Below are positions 25,358-36,472 of a DNA stretch of 64,000 nt, in pieces (within the stretch, counting starts at the first letter, position 1; each line of letters starts with the position of its first letter). Source of the DNA: Yuukianura sp. NJ FZ-2021 (Eukaryota). The stretch covers positions 1,488,001 through 1,552,000 of the forward strand of contig CM102289.1 in NCBI GenBank assembly GCA_046563655.1, in the 5' to 3' direction. A model generated the notes under the pieces. The model was not told the origin of the DNA. It worked only from the letters and a program-made list of their open reading frames with translations, and did no database searches. Position numbers and translations under genes: made by a program.

Positions 25358-25560
25358 ATGTCAAGATTTGTGAACGTACATAAATTTAAAAAAATTAGGA
25401 ACTGACGCAGTTCGGTTTGACTTGAATCAATGGTTTAGCCCATTTACTTCAGAGTGTAACATTTACGTGATAAATTTCAACGCAACAGATTACAACCATT
25501 AAAATTTCCCATAATTACTCAAGATTTAGTATATAAAACAGGATACAGTACTCTTTTCAA
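25358..25560 (+). pseudogene. 5' fragment of an IR-like gene (copy 6-8 subtype)
   Basis: TTTGACTTGAATCAATGGTTTAGCCCATTTACTTCAGAGTGTAACATTTACG...CAAGATTTAGTATATAAA matches the FDLNPWF..ECNIY..QDLVYK N-terminus; frameshifted and truncated. Confidence 0.8.
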
Positions 25561-26916
25561 TACAACCAATAAAGCTTTCACAAATTTTTTATTTGTATTT
25601 TAAGCAATTTCAGGTAGCCATATTTCAACTTTTCTCAATTTAGAAAAAATTTCATTTGTAATCAATTGTTTTAATGACAAAACTTTTTCCTTCCAATATA
25701 TTAAGTCGCAGATCGATAGCTCCATTTTTTGTTTTATTTTCTCGCTTTGTAAAACATGCTTCGGTTTTGACAACAATTCAATTTTCTCAAGTGCTTTTCG
25801 ACACTTCAGACAATAGAGACAAATTAGATTCGTCAAATCACGCAACAGCAAACCAAAAAAATTAAAAACGATGGTTTGAAATTTCCAGACGGTATTGTTC
25901 ATAGTTCGGAATTCAGTGTGTAGGGTTTTGGAATAGAAAACTTTGAAAATATTTTTACAATATTTTGGTCCAAAAATACAACTTAATAAAACAGCCCCTT
26001 AATTTTTCGTCAGCAACCATGTATATTCAATGTTGTTCCTTAGTTTTGTATACCGCTATTTGTAAGCTACTTACCATTAAAGCATCACATATAGACTTAA
26101 ATCCATGGTTCAGTCCATTTGCTTCAGTGTGCAACATTTACGTAATCAACCTCAACGCAACAAATTTCGAACCACTGGAATTCCCCATTCTTACACAAGA
26201 TTTAGTATATAAAGAAGGACTATATTTTCAATTCAACACAACAAGAGATGGTTTCTACAACACGCTACTTCCGCATGAAAAAATAATAGAACCAGATATA
26301 TACTCAAAACTTAAATGTTTCAATTACATTTTCCTATTTACATCTTTTGGCACAACGAAACTACCAAACGCCATGGACTTCCCCGTACCAAGTAACTTAC
26401 CATTTTGGTCCAGACTTTGGCGAAAAGCTGAAGTTATGCAGAGAAGAGGTTTTGACTTTGCATTTAAAGAATTTGTACTGGACAGATCCGCTTTCCTTTC
26501 TTTAGTTGCTCCCTACAATGCAGAAATTATAGAAAGTTGGTACATTCGTATCATGAGGATGCCTTTGGACTACGACTACGTTGGAATCGCGCAATTCGTA
26601 GTCTATGATCTTGTAAAGGTCAAGAGGTCACCCAGCTACAAAATCACAAAAACTTGGATACTTTGCCTCGACTGTGCTGAATGCGCACATCCTCTGTGAC
26701 GGCGTAGTATTTTCCCCGCCGCCTGAGGATTAGCAGGGCACGCGCCGCGCATCAGAGGAGGAGAAGAGCAGCAGAGCCACGAGGCAGGAGACCACATCGC
26801 ACAGCACACTTTAGTTTTTAGTTTCATTTTAGATCTTTATTCGAGAATAAAGATCAGTCTCTCTTTGATCACACACGGAGCGGTCACTTCCAGGTTCTTT
26901 CTTTGGTTGACGCGGA

Positions 26917-27001
26917 GGTCAACTTCACATTGGCGACCTAGTGACAGGTCAACTTCACATTGGCGACCTAGTGACAGGTCAACTTCACATTGGCGACCGT
27001 G
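26917..27001 (+). repeat. 30-bp tandem repeat made of LTR end plus PBS (GGTCAACTTCACATTGGCGACCTAGTGACA x~2.8)
   Basis: Directly visible; ~1.4 units also end the 3' LTR. Confidence 0.9.
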
Positions 27002-28075
27002 CAGTCTTACCTCCAACCATGCCGTTTCCAATAGGCAGGCACAGGTCAAGGATCAAGACATCGAGGTCAAGATCTGCAGAACATCATTAACAGAAGACAC
27101 TAAACTTAAACCGGATTGGTACGTATAATTAAGTAGTAAGTAAGTAGGACGCAGCGATACTGGCAGCGTCTCAGCGCAGCAATCGTTAAGTTTTGCGCGT
27201 AATGTCAGGTTTAAATTGAGATTCGTGACCTATGACATGCACATGTGAGGCTAAATCATTCTTATCTACCTTTTTCCTGTAAAACAGTAAAATATCAATG
27301 TGAAACAATAAGATTGGCCTATGACATGTTTAGTGCAATGCCATACGTTACTCCCATGATCGTTTTTGCAAAGTAGAGTAACGAAATGACCTAAAGAAGT
27401 AGTTTAACGTAAAGTATAACAAAATGGCGTCGTGAGCATGCAGAGTCAGGTTATCAGCATTAGTTTCAGTCAGTAGTGAATCGAGGTCACAGGAAATAGC
27501 AGATTAGTAAAAGTAATTCAAGCAAAGCAGAATCTATGAAACCAGATTAAAATTCTCTCCGACTTGCATTTCTAAAGTTTGTATAGAACCAGTTTATGAT
27601 AGTTATTGCACAGTAAAGTAAATCATTGACATAAGAGACGCAACGTAAAGTAAGTTGCAGTCTCGCATCTTATCTTGTGGACATGGATAGTAATTCATTA
27701 AAAAAACTAGAGACGCAGCGTAGATTAGGCAGTCGTCTCTACGTTTAGGTTGCAGTAAGGCATAAATCTAAAGTTTGTTCACTGATCGGAAGTTATCACT
27801 TTGTTTTTCAAGTTTTTTCGAATTGAATGGTTACTTAAAGAAAGATTATAAAGTAAATTGAGAGTTAAACAGTAAATCTGTAAAAGACAAGAATCTAAAG
27901 TTATCATGTTTGAGACGCAACGTAGAATAAGTAGACGTCTCTGTGACTTATTCCTTATAGTTCATAGTTTGTGTTAGTTAGTAAGAAAGATGGGACGACG
28001 CGAGTGGCGACGACCCACGAAATTTTGTAAATTTGTAACAGTTAAGTTACTTTATAAGGCATAGAAGTTGCCCAA

Positions 28076-28332
28076 AAGAAATGTTTAAAGAAAAAAAGCT
28101 AGAATTAGAGCTTAAAGAAATGTTTAGAGAAAAAGCTAGAATCAGAGCTTAAAGAAAAGAAAAGATGAGTTTAATAGTTGAATAGTTGAATCCCTTGACA
28201 TTGAGAGTCATTAGGACAGAGTCAGAGACAGAGTCAAAGACATAGTCAGAGACCTAATGTAAAGAGACATTGAGAGTCATTAGGACAGAGTCAAAGGCAG
28301 AGTCATAGACATAGTCAGAGACCTAATGTAAG
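28076..28332. repeat. Two internal tandem duplications (~40 bp and ~70 bp) in the LTR element
   Basis: AAATGTTTA.AGAAAAAGCTAGAAT.AGAGCTTAAAG x2; GACATTGAGAGTCATTAGGACAGAGTCA...GACATAGTCAGAGACCTAATGTAA x2. Confidence 0.8.
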
Positions 28333-30909
28333 GAGGTTAACTAGTTCAAGCCAAGTTATTGATGTTGTAAGTTTAGGTTATGTGTTATTAGTTAGATTGA
28401 TACTAAAATATTGATGAGTTAAGAGTTTAAGTAAGTGTTATATTACTAATTGTTGAAAGAATAAGGAAGTTTATAGATATGATAGCAAAGTAAGGGACGC
28501 AGCGAACAGCAGCGATCCAGAATTTAAGTTTGTACATAAAATTATGTTAGCATTACTACATTTTCACAGCTTCATGCACCAATTGTTAAGAACTTACCGT
28601 TTATGAGAAAAAGTTCGGTATAAGTACAGTTATTCATTAAGACTTAAGTTATCACGTTATATTTCAAAGTCTCAATTGTGAATTGAAGTATAATTAGAAG
28701 TATAGTGCACAAATACTATTTAAGAAAGAGGTCAATGGTCAGTCAGAATGACACAAGGGTCGACGTTACCCCGGTAAAGAGGGCTTTCGTCGTGGTGAAT
28801 GTGACGGCGTAGTATTTTCCCCGCCGCCTGAGGATTAGCAGGGCACGCGCCGCGCATCAGAGGAGGAGAAGAGCAGCAGAGCCACGAGGCAGGAGACCAC
28901 ATCGCACAGCACACTTTAGTTTTTAGTTTCATTTTAGATCTTTATTCGAGAATAAAGATCAGTCTCTCTTTTGATCACACACGGAGCGGTCACTTCCAGG
29001 TTCTTTCTTTGGTTGACGCGGAGGTCAACTTCACATTGGCGACCTAGTGACAGGTCAACTTCACACCTCTCATACCATTCAGCTATTCTCGAAATCTATC
29101 AAACATTAAGGCACAGTGGATACCGGTAGATCCAAAACGGAAGTGGTACGTTGAGCCTGAAATGCCACAGAATTTAAACTTCGCGCCTTACAAGTCCACC
29201 TTGGCACTTGGGAACATATTGTACTCAGGGCAATTACTAACAGTAGTGTTGATTGGACTTCAGAACAATACTGTGCTAAATATGAAGAACGACGTCCGTC
29301 CGTTCAGTTTGCATTCAAATACTACTCTGTTCTGGAAACTCATCACCTCAAATTTCAATTTTTAACATGCGATGGATTTTCGGAAGAAATTTCAGATTTG
29401 AACAGTTTGATCTCTCCATTTGATTTAAAAAGTTGGGCTATTTTGACTGTGGCTCTTTTTGCTTTGGGCATTACGGCTAATGTTGTGTCAAAAGTAAAAG
29501 GTAAAAAATGCGATGGATTTGTAACAGTGTACTCTGCACTGCTAGAGCACAGTTGGGATTCTGCAACTAATCCATACATGGGTTAAGTGCTATGTACTGG
29601 GTAACTAGCAGTATGTTGCTAACTTTAATTGTGGTTACCAATGGTTACAAAAGTTTCTTTACCGCTGACATAACTTCACCAAGAAATCCGGAACTTATAA
29701 CTCACTTTGGTCAAGTGATGGACAAAAACTTGACTATTTATGTCCGACCAGGTCATGGTATATCTGAATTCAGGAAAGAAGAAGCAAAAAGGAAGGAAAA
29801 ATTGAATAGAATGAAAGACGAACCAAAGCTAGGACTGCAGAAGAAGATTTGGTCGGGGAAAAACAATGGATGAACGGAGCAGCCAATACCCTTCGGATGG
29901 CCGTCCTGAATTTTTCTACAAATTTGTAGACCCTCTAATACTAAGGTTTGGGGAGTTTCTGTGTTATTCTGGAGAACATTTATCAGAAATAGCAACACCA
30001 CTGTTATTCCAGCAACACTAAAACTTGTAACACCAAAGTTGTTTGTGCCATGGGATGAATTTGAATCTAAAAACGTAAGTGATTATGATCCATTGACGCC
30101 ATTGGTCAAAGACTGTAAAACGGCGTATGCTGATTGGTCAATTGTAATCGACCTTCAACATCGACTGTGGAAGATCTCAGGAGATAAAGGTAGTGAAAGT
30201 CTTGCAAAAGGAACAGATAGTTTGGGCAACATGACATATGGATGGAGGTTTACCTATGTGACGGATTCAAATATACGGCCAAAATTGAAGTACAAGGAAC
30301 AGGCGGGAGTAATTGAATTCTGGAAAAATTTGGATGCAAATTTGAAATTTGTGAAAGAGCTACGACAAATTCAAGTTGTTAAATCTACTGTAAAAGTGCT
30401 TGATCTGTATGATAAAATCAGGGTAGCATTTTTTGTGTTTTTGAGTATATTGCCACTACCACTGTTAATTTTTGTTGTTGAGTATATTGTTGCAAATTTG
30501 AAGCGAATTCGTTCTACCAAGGTGCTATGTGTTTTTTAAATGGTTGCTAGAGGATACGCAGCTTTTTCATGTACAAACATACTCTCCGACATTTGCGGAC
30601 GTCTTATTACATTAAAGTCGAAGAACGTAAGCTCTTTTTTTGTTAATATTTTTAGTTTTATAAAATATGCAATTGTTTGGACAAAAATTTAATCATTTTG
30701 AAGTGCTTTTTGACACGCCCAATATCACTTTATAGAAAATTAGATCCGTCAAATCACGCACATCATAAAAGCTACGGTTGTTTGAAATTTCCGGACGTCG
30801 TGTTCATTGCTTAAAATTTACTCCCGATTTCTATTGTAATAAACATTGAAAAATAGTTTGTTAAAAGTGAAACTTCCTAAAATATTAGCTTACCTCTTCG
30901 TTTGTTACT

Positions 30910-33060
30910 ATGCATGCTATACTAAATTGCTGCTTAGTCTGGTGCACTGCTCTCATTAACTTATTTACCACCGAAGCTTCACTTATAGACTTAAATCCAT
31001 GGTTCAGTCCATTTGCAACAGAGTGCAACATTTACGTAATCAACCTCAACGCAACAAACTTCGAACCATTGAAATTTCCCATCATCACGCAAGACTTAGT
31101 TTACAAAGAAGGATTATATTTTTTTCGAAACAAAACTGAAACCGGGTTTTACAACACGCTACTACCAAATGAAAAGGAAATAAAACCAGATATATATTCT
31201 AAATTTAAATGTTTCAACTACGTTTTCCTATTTACATCTTTTGGCACAACGAAACTAGAATGCTGCACGCATTTTCCTTTCCCAACTAACCTGCCTTTCT
31301 GGTCCAGACAATGGCGTACAGAGCTCAAGCGTTCTCAAGATCCTCTCCTACACAGAGAAGTTCCGTTTAAAGAATTTGTACTTGACAGATCTGCAATCTT
31401 ATCTTTAGTTGCCCCCTTTAGTAAAGAAATGATAGAACTTTGGTATACTCGGACCAATATTCTCGACCACGACTATATTGGCATCGCGTACTTAGTAGTC
31501 TACAACCTACAAACGGTCACAAGGTCAAGCACCTACACAATCAAAGGAACGTGGCTAATTTGCATCGACTGTCCTGAATGCGCTCACCCTCTCATACCCT
31601 TTAGCTATTCTCAGAACCTATCACAAATTAAGGCACAGTGGATACCGGTAGTTCCACAACGCAACTGGCACGTTGACTCCGAAATGCCACACAATTTGAA
31701 CTTCGCGCCTTACAAGTACCAACTTGGCACTTGGGAACACATTCTGCTCAAGACGATTACTAACAAGAGCGTTGATTGGACTACAGAACCACTTTGTCCC
31801 AACTTTTCAGAACAACGCCCAACAGTTACGTTTAGTACATCAGACTACTCTGTTCTGGAAACACATCAGCTTAAATTTCAATTTTTAACTTGCAATGGAC
31901 TTTTGGAAGAAATTTCAGACTTGAATAGTTTGGTTTCTGCGTTTGACCTTAAAAGTTGGGCCATTTTGGTTGTGGCGCTACTTGGTTTGGGCATAACGAC
32001 TAATGTTGTGTTAAAAGTAAAAGGTAAAAAATGTGATGGATTTGTTACAGTGTACTCTGCATTGCTAGAACACAGTTGGGATTCTGCAACTAATCCTCAT
32101 GGGTTAAGTGCCATGTACTGGGTAACTAGCAGTATGTTGCTAACTTTAATTGTGGTTACCAATGGTTACAAAAGTTTCTTTACCGCTGACATAACTTCAC
32201 CAAGAAATCCGCAACATATAACTCACTTTGGTCAAGTGATGGACAAAAACTTGACTATTTATGTTCGACCAATTTTTGGTATAGATATATTCAGATCATT
32301 TGACTGGAAACTGTATAAAGAGAAGGGAAAAGTTTATAAGGCGGAAGACGAACAAAAAGCAAAGCAAGAACTAAAAATTGACCGGAATGAAGCAGATGAA
32401 AACTTAAGTCCTCCCGAATTTTTCCACCAATTTATACGCATTAAGCTAGAACTTTTTGGAATTTTTGACTTTTCTGCGACAAACTGGAGAAAGTTTATAA
32501 GAGAGAGCAACACCACAATAATTCCAGCAACACTAAAACTAGTAATAGACAACTTGTTTATCCCATGGGCTGAATTTGATTCTAAAAACATTAGTGACGA
32601 CGACGTCTTGACGCCATTGGTCAAAGATTGTAAAACGGCGTACGCTGATTGGTCAGATAAAATCGACCACCAGTATAAACTTTGGAAGATCTCAGGAGAT
32701 GCTGGTAGCAAAAGCCTTGCAAAAGGAACGGATAGTTTATATAACATAACCTTTGGATGGAAATTTATTTTTGTGACAGATCCAAATATACGGCCAAGAT
32801 TGAAGTACATGGAACAGGCGGGAGTAATTGAATTTTGGAAAAATTTAGACGCAAATTTAAAATTTTTGAAAGATCTACGACAAATTCAAGTGGATGTTAA
32901 ATCTACTGTAAAAGTGCTAAATTTGCATGACAAGATTCGAGTACCATTTTTAGTATTTTTGAGTTTAGTGTTACTACCAATATTAATTTTTGTTATTGAG
33001 TACATTGTTGAAAATTTTCAGCGAATTCGGGCCACCAAGGTTCCCTTTGTTTTTAAATAG
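30910..33060 (+). CDS. Divergent IR-like protein, copy 5 (intact, 716 aa)
   Basis: Collinear paralog with all TM motifs. Confidence 0.82.
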   Translation: MHAILNCCLVWCTALINLFTTEASLIDLNPWFSPFATECNIYVINLNATNFEPLKFPIITQDLVYKEGLYFFRNKTETGFYNTLLPNEKEIKPDIYSKFKCFNYVFLFTSFGTTKLECCTHFPFPTNLPFWSRQWRTELKRSQDPLLHREVPFKEFVLDRSAILSLVAPFSKEMIELWYTRTNILDHDYIGIAYLVVYNLQTVTRSSTYTIKGTWLICIDCPECAHPLIPFSYSQNLSQIKAQWIPVVPQRNWHVDSEMPHNLNFAPYKYQLGTWEHILLKTITNKSVDWTTEPLCPNFSEQRPTVTFSTSDYSVLETHQLKFQFLTCNGLLEEISDLNSLVSAFDLKSWAILVVALLGLGITTNVVLKVKGKKCDGFVTVYSALLEHSWDSATNPHGLSAMYWVTSSMLLTLIVVTNGYKSFFTADITSPRNPQHITHFGQVMDKNLTIYVRPIFGIDIFRSFDWKLYKEKGKVYKAEDEQKAKQELKIDRNEADENLSPPEFFHQFIRIKLELFGIFDFSATNWRKFIRESNTTIIPATLKLVIDNLFIPWAEFDSKNISDDDVLTPLVKDCKTAYADWSDKIDHQYKLWKISGDAGSKSLAKGTDSLYNITFGWKFIFVTDPNIRPRLKYMEQAGVIEFWKNLDANLKFLKDLRQIQVDVKSTVKVLNLHDKIRVPFLVFLSLVLLPILIFVIEYIVENFQRIRATKVPFVFK

Positions 33061-33617
33061 TAGCCCGAAATAAGTTGTTTTTTTTTTGCAAAAAAAAAAG
33101 TTTCTTTTTTTTTTAGATATTTTTGAAAGAGCTTACAAAGGTCGTGTTTAAATAATCACTTTCTTGAGAAATTGAATATACAACACACGCTATTCGGGTG
33201 GGACCAAATTCATTTTTTGGCTATGAACGTCAAATACATTAATGTTGGTTTACTTTTAGGAACATTTAATTTGTGGCGTGACGAAATTTTCGCTAGTGTT
33301 GCTCCTAAGATAATTTTTGGCAGTCATTTTGCTTTTTTTATTTTATCATTAAAAATTTTTAGTTATAAGAATTTCAAGAATTAAGTTTTAGTAGATTGAA
33401 TTTTGTAAGTGCTTATTACACAAAGATAAAATTTTACTTTAACGAAAATTAAATTTGGTAAGTCACGAAATTTTGACTCACGAAAAATTCGAAGTTTGCA
33501 GTTGCTTTATTCTCATTCGCTTTTCTCTGGCTGACGGAATTTGGAATATTTTTGTTCAAATTTTCACTGTTTCATAAAAATTTTGATCCGGAGAACATCA
33601 CAACCTCAGTATCTGTC

Positions 33618-35786
33618 ATGTCCACGTTTGCGTTTTGCCTAGTGTTGTACATAAATTTTCAACAATTTGGAACTACAGCAGTTGAATTTGACTTAAACCC
33701 ATGGTTTGCGCCTTTTATTTCAGAGTGTAACATTTATGTGATAAATTACAATGCAACAGATTTCAAACCACCAAAATTTCCCATAATTGCACAAGATTTG
33801 GTGTACAAAGAAAGATTCAATTTCATCCTCAACCTGAACAATGCTGGTTTCTACAGCACTCCGTCTCCACAAGAAAAAATGCTTGAACCAGAAATACATT
33901 TTAGATTCAAATGTTTCAATTATGTTTTTCTTTTTGCATCTTTTGGATCGAAGAAACTAGCAGACAAGTTCCACTTTCCCCTACCAAAAAACTTACCTTT
34001 TTGGTTCAGACTTTGGCGGAAACAATATCAACACAAATATGAGTTTCCGCAGAAGGAATTTGTGTTGGACAGATCTGCAATCCTGTCTCTCATTGCCCCA
34101 GACAATCCAGAAATGATTGAAACTTGGTACGACCGTACGACACACGTACGTCTGGACTATGAGTTTATAGGTGTTGCTCAATTGGTGATCTATACTTTAG
34201 CTGTAGTCAATGAGTCAAACACTTTACAAATTTCCAAAACTTTGACAGTTTGTCTCTACTGCAACGATTGCGCAATGTCTGTTGTTCCGTATAACCATTC
34301 TCAAAGTTTATCGGAGGCTAAGAAGCAGTGGAATGTGGTAAACCAAATTCAAAAAGCAATGTGGTTCTTTCATGTCGGGACGCTAGGCGGTACCTCAGTG
34401 GTACCAAAATACCTGAACCTGTCACCTCATAAATACAAAGTTGGTACTTGGGAATTCATTCTACTCAAAACAGTCATGACCAACAAAAGTGTAATTTGGG
34501 CACAACAAATAAGTTGTCAAGTAAATCATGAAGGACGTCGTCCATCAGTCATGTTTGGTTCGCAACACTACTCTGTTTTGGAAACAAATCATCTCAAATT
34601 TCAATTTTTAACATGCGATGGCATTTTGGAGGAAATTTCGGATTTCGAAAGTTTGAGTTCTGCATTTGACTTTAAAAGTTGGGTAATTTTGGGTGTGGCG
34701 CTAATTGGTTTGGGCATCACGGCTAATGTTGTGTTAAAAGTAAAAGGTAAAAAATGTGATGGATTTATTACAGTGTACTCTGCACTAGTAGAGCAGAGTT
34801 GGCGTTCTGCAACTAACCCCCACAAATTAAATGCAATGTACTTTGTAACATGTACAATGTTGCTAACTTTAATCGTGGTTACCAATGGTTACAAAAGTTT
34901 CTTTACCGCTGATATAACTTCACCGCATAAACTGAAACTGGTAAGTCTCTACGAGCACTTGATACACAAAAACTTGACTATTTATGTCCGACCTAATGAT
35001 GGTATCAACAATTATAAGTCAGAAGAATGGCGAAACGGAAGAGGAGAAGAAACAGGATTAAAAACACCAGACGATACGAGTCCCAAGTATCCCATTAGTG
35101 TTCCAGACTTTGCTTTTAAATTTGTATTTCCCCTGTCAATGAATTTTGGAAACAGAAAATCATGGAGAAATTTTGTTAGAGATGATAATAGCAGTACCGT
35201 TCCAGCAATTCTTAAAAAAGTTGTCGACAAATTGTACATACCATGGGATGAATTTGTTGGCACAAACATTAGTGATGGAGACGTGTTAACACCATTGGTC
35301 AAAGACTGTAAGGCAGCCTACGCCGATTGGTCAGACAAAATTGACTTGGAGTATCAACTATGGAAAGCTAGTGGAGATACTGGGAGCAAAACACTGGCAA
35401 AAGGAACAGATAGTTTGGGTAACCTAACGTACGGATGGGAATTTACATGTATTACAGATCCAAAAATCCGTCCTGGTTTAATGTCGATGAAAGAGGCGGG
35501 AATTGTAACATTTTGGAAAGAGTTGGATGAGCATTTCAAATTTTTGAGTCATCTGAAGTCGACTCCTATGAAACCAAAATCTGTTGTGAAAGTGCTCACT
35601 TTGCAAGACAAAATTAGTGTAGTATTTTTTGTATTCCTGAGCTCATCGCTACCTTTAGTGCTTTGTTTTGTACTTGAGCATGTAGTGAAAAATTGGCACA
35701 AAATACATCTTAAGACGATTTTGAAAAAAGGTATGGCCACAATAGTATCTATTCGTGTTTATATAACACCGCTAAAATGTTTTTAA
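33618..35786 (+). CDS. Divergent IR-like protein, copy 6 (intact)
   Basis: ATG at 33618 (MSTFAFCLVLY); second subtype (FDLNPWF, KLKLV after M3). Confidence 0.82.
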   Translation: MSTFAFCLVLYINFQQFGTTAVEFDLNPWFAPFISECNIYVINYNATDFKPPKFPIIAQDLVYKERFNFILNLNNAGFYSTPSPQEKMLEPEIHFRFKCFNYVFLFASFGSKKLADKFHFPLPKNLPFWFRLWRKQYQHKYEFPQKEFVLDRSAILSLIAPDNPEMIETWYDRTTHVRLDYEFIGVAQLVIYTLAVVNESNTLQISKTLTVCLYCNDCAMSVVPYNHSQSLSEAKKQWNVVNQIQKAMWFFHVGTLGGTSVVPKYLNLSPHKYKVGTWEFILLKTVMTNKSVIWAQQISCQVNHEGRRPSVMFGSQHYSVLETNHLKFQFLTCDGILEEISDFESLSSAFDFKSWVILGVALIGLGITANVVLKVKGKKCDGFITVYSALVEQSWRSATNPHKLNAMYFVTCTMLLTLIVVTNGYKSFFTADITSPHKLKLVSLYEHLIHKNLTIYVRPNDGINNYKSEEWRNGRGEETGLKTPDDTSPKYPISVPDFAFKFVFPLSMNFGNRKSWRNFVRDDNSSTVPAILKKVVDKLYIPWDEFVGTNISDGDVLTPLVKDCKAAYADWSDKIDLEYQLWKASGDTGSKTLAKGTDSLGNLTYGWEFTCITDPKIRPGLMSMKEAGIVTFWKELDEHFKFLSHLKSTPMKPKSVVKVLTLQDKISVVFFVFLSSSLPLVLCFVLEHVVKNWHKIHLKTILKKGMATIVSIRVYITPLKCF

Positions 35787-35974
35787 GGATTGGAAGAAAA
35801 TTGATAGATTTTAAATAGATTAACTTTATAAGTGCAAATAAAATTTTATCTTAAAGAAAGTTAAATTTTAAATTTAAAGTGACGAAATGTGTTAAGTAAA
35901 CCTAAAAGTGTACAGTTACATGTTTCGATGGTTTTGGTTTTGACAGTAGAATTTTCTGAAAAATGATCCTGAAA

Positions 35975-36235
35975 TTATGGAAAAAATTAGATGAGCATTT
36001 CTAATTTTTGAATCAGCTGAGTTCGACTCCTTGGCAGCAAAATTCTGTTGTGAAAGTCTTTACTCTGGATGACAGAAATTAGTGTAACAATTTTTGTGTT
36101 TATCCAACTACCAATATTTATCTTTGGAATTGAGCACTTAGTAAAAATTGGAACAGAAAAGAGGTGTTTTTCAAAAACATTGTCGGTAAAATAATATGTA
36201 TTCGTGTTTACATAAACCTACTAAAAATTTTTAGT
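35975..36235 (+). pseudogene. 3' fragment of an IR-like gene (S2 end plus M4)
   Basis: TGGAAAAAATTAGATGAGCATTTCTAATTTTTGAATCAGCTG...TCTGTTGTGAAAGTC closely matches copy 8 at ~45726-45805; contains stop and indels. Confidence 0.75.
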
Positions 36236-36472
36236 AGTTATAAGAATTGCAAAAATAATGTTAAGTAGATTCAATTTCGTAAGTACTTATTCAACACATA
36301 AAATTTTACTTTTAAGAAAATTAAGTTTGTGAAGTCACGAAATTGTAGCTCACGAAAACTTCGAAGTTTGCAGTTGCTTATTCTCATTTGCTTTTGTCTG
36401 GCTGATGGAATTTTGAATTTTGTTTGTTCAAAGGGTTCATAAAAATTTTAGTCCACATCCTCAGTATCAGTC

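Larger units (their letters stand above)
26695..29065 (+). mobile_element. Non-autonomous LTR retroelement (TRIM/LARD-like, Ty3/gypsy-type ends), no coding capacity
   Basis: LTRs 26695-26959 and 28800-29065, TGTGA...TCACA, differing by one T as far as I can read; 4-bp TSD CCTC; PBS-like TGGCGACC(TA)GTGACAGG after the 5' LTR, resembling the tRNA-Arg PBS of 412/mdg1-lineage elements; ~1.8 kb interior without long ORFs. Confidence 0.93.
26019..30539 (+). pseudogene. Divergent IR-like copy 4, interrupted by an LTR element and further frameshifted
   Basis: Coding sequence breaks at CAHPL (26694) and resumes LIPFSYS at ~29066; additional indels versus paralogs at ~29195, ~29575 and ~29830-29850. 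Confidence 0.88.

Noticed and set aside
26917..27001. CRISPR-like 30-bp repeats
   Set aside because: No unique spacers, eukaryotic context, and explained as LTR end plus PBS.
28741..28870. Retrozyme-type hammerhead at the LTR junction
   Set aside because: GACGAAA is present on the minus strand but the upstream motif is CTGATGCG, not CTGANGA, and the stems do not form.
26636..28932. Twin minus-strand ORFs MKLKTKVCC...
   Set aside because: Antisense readings of the two LTRs with no gag or pol motifs.
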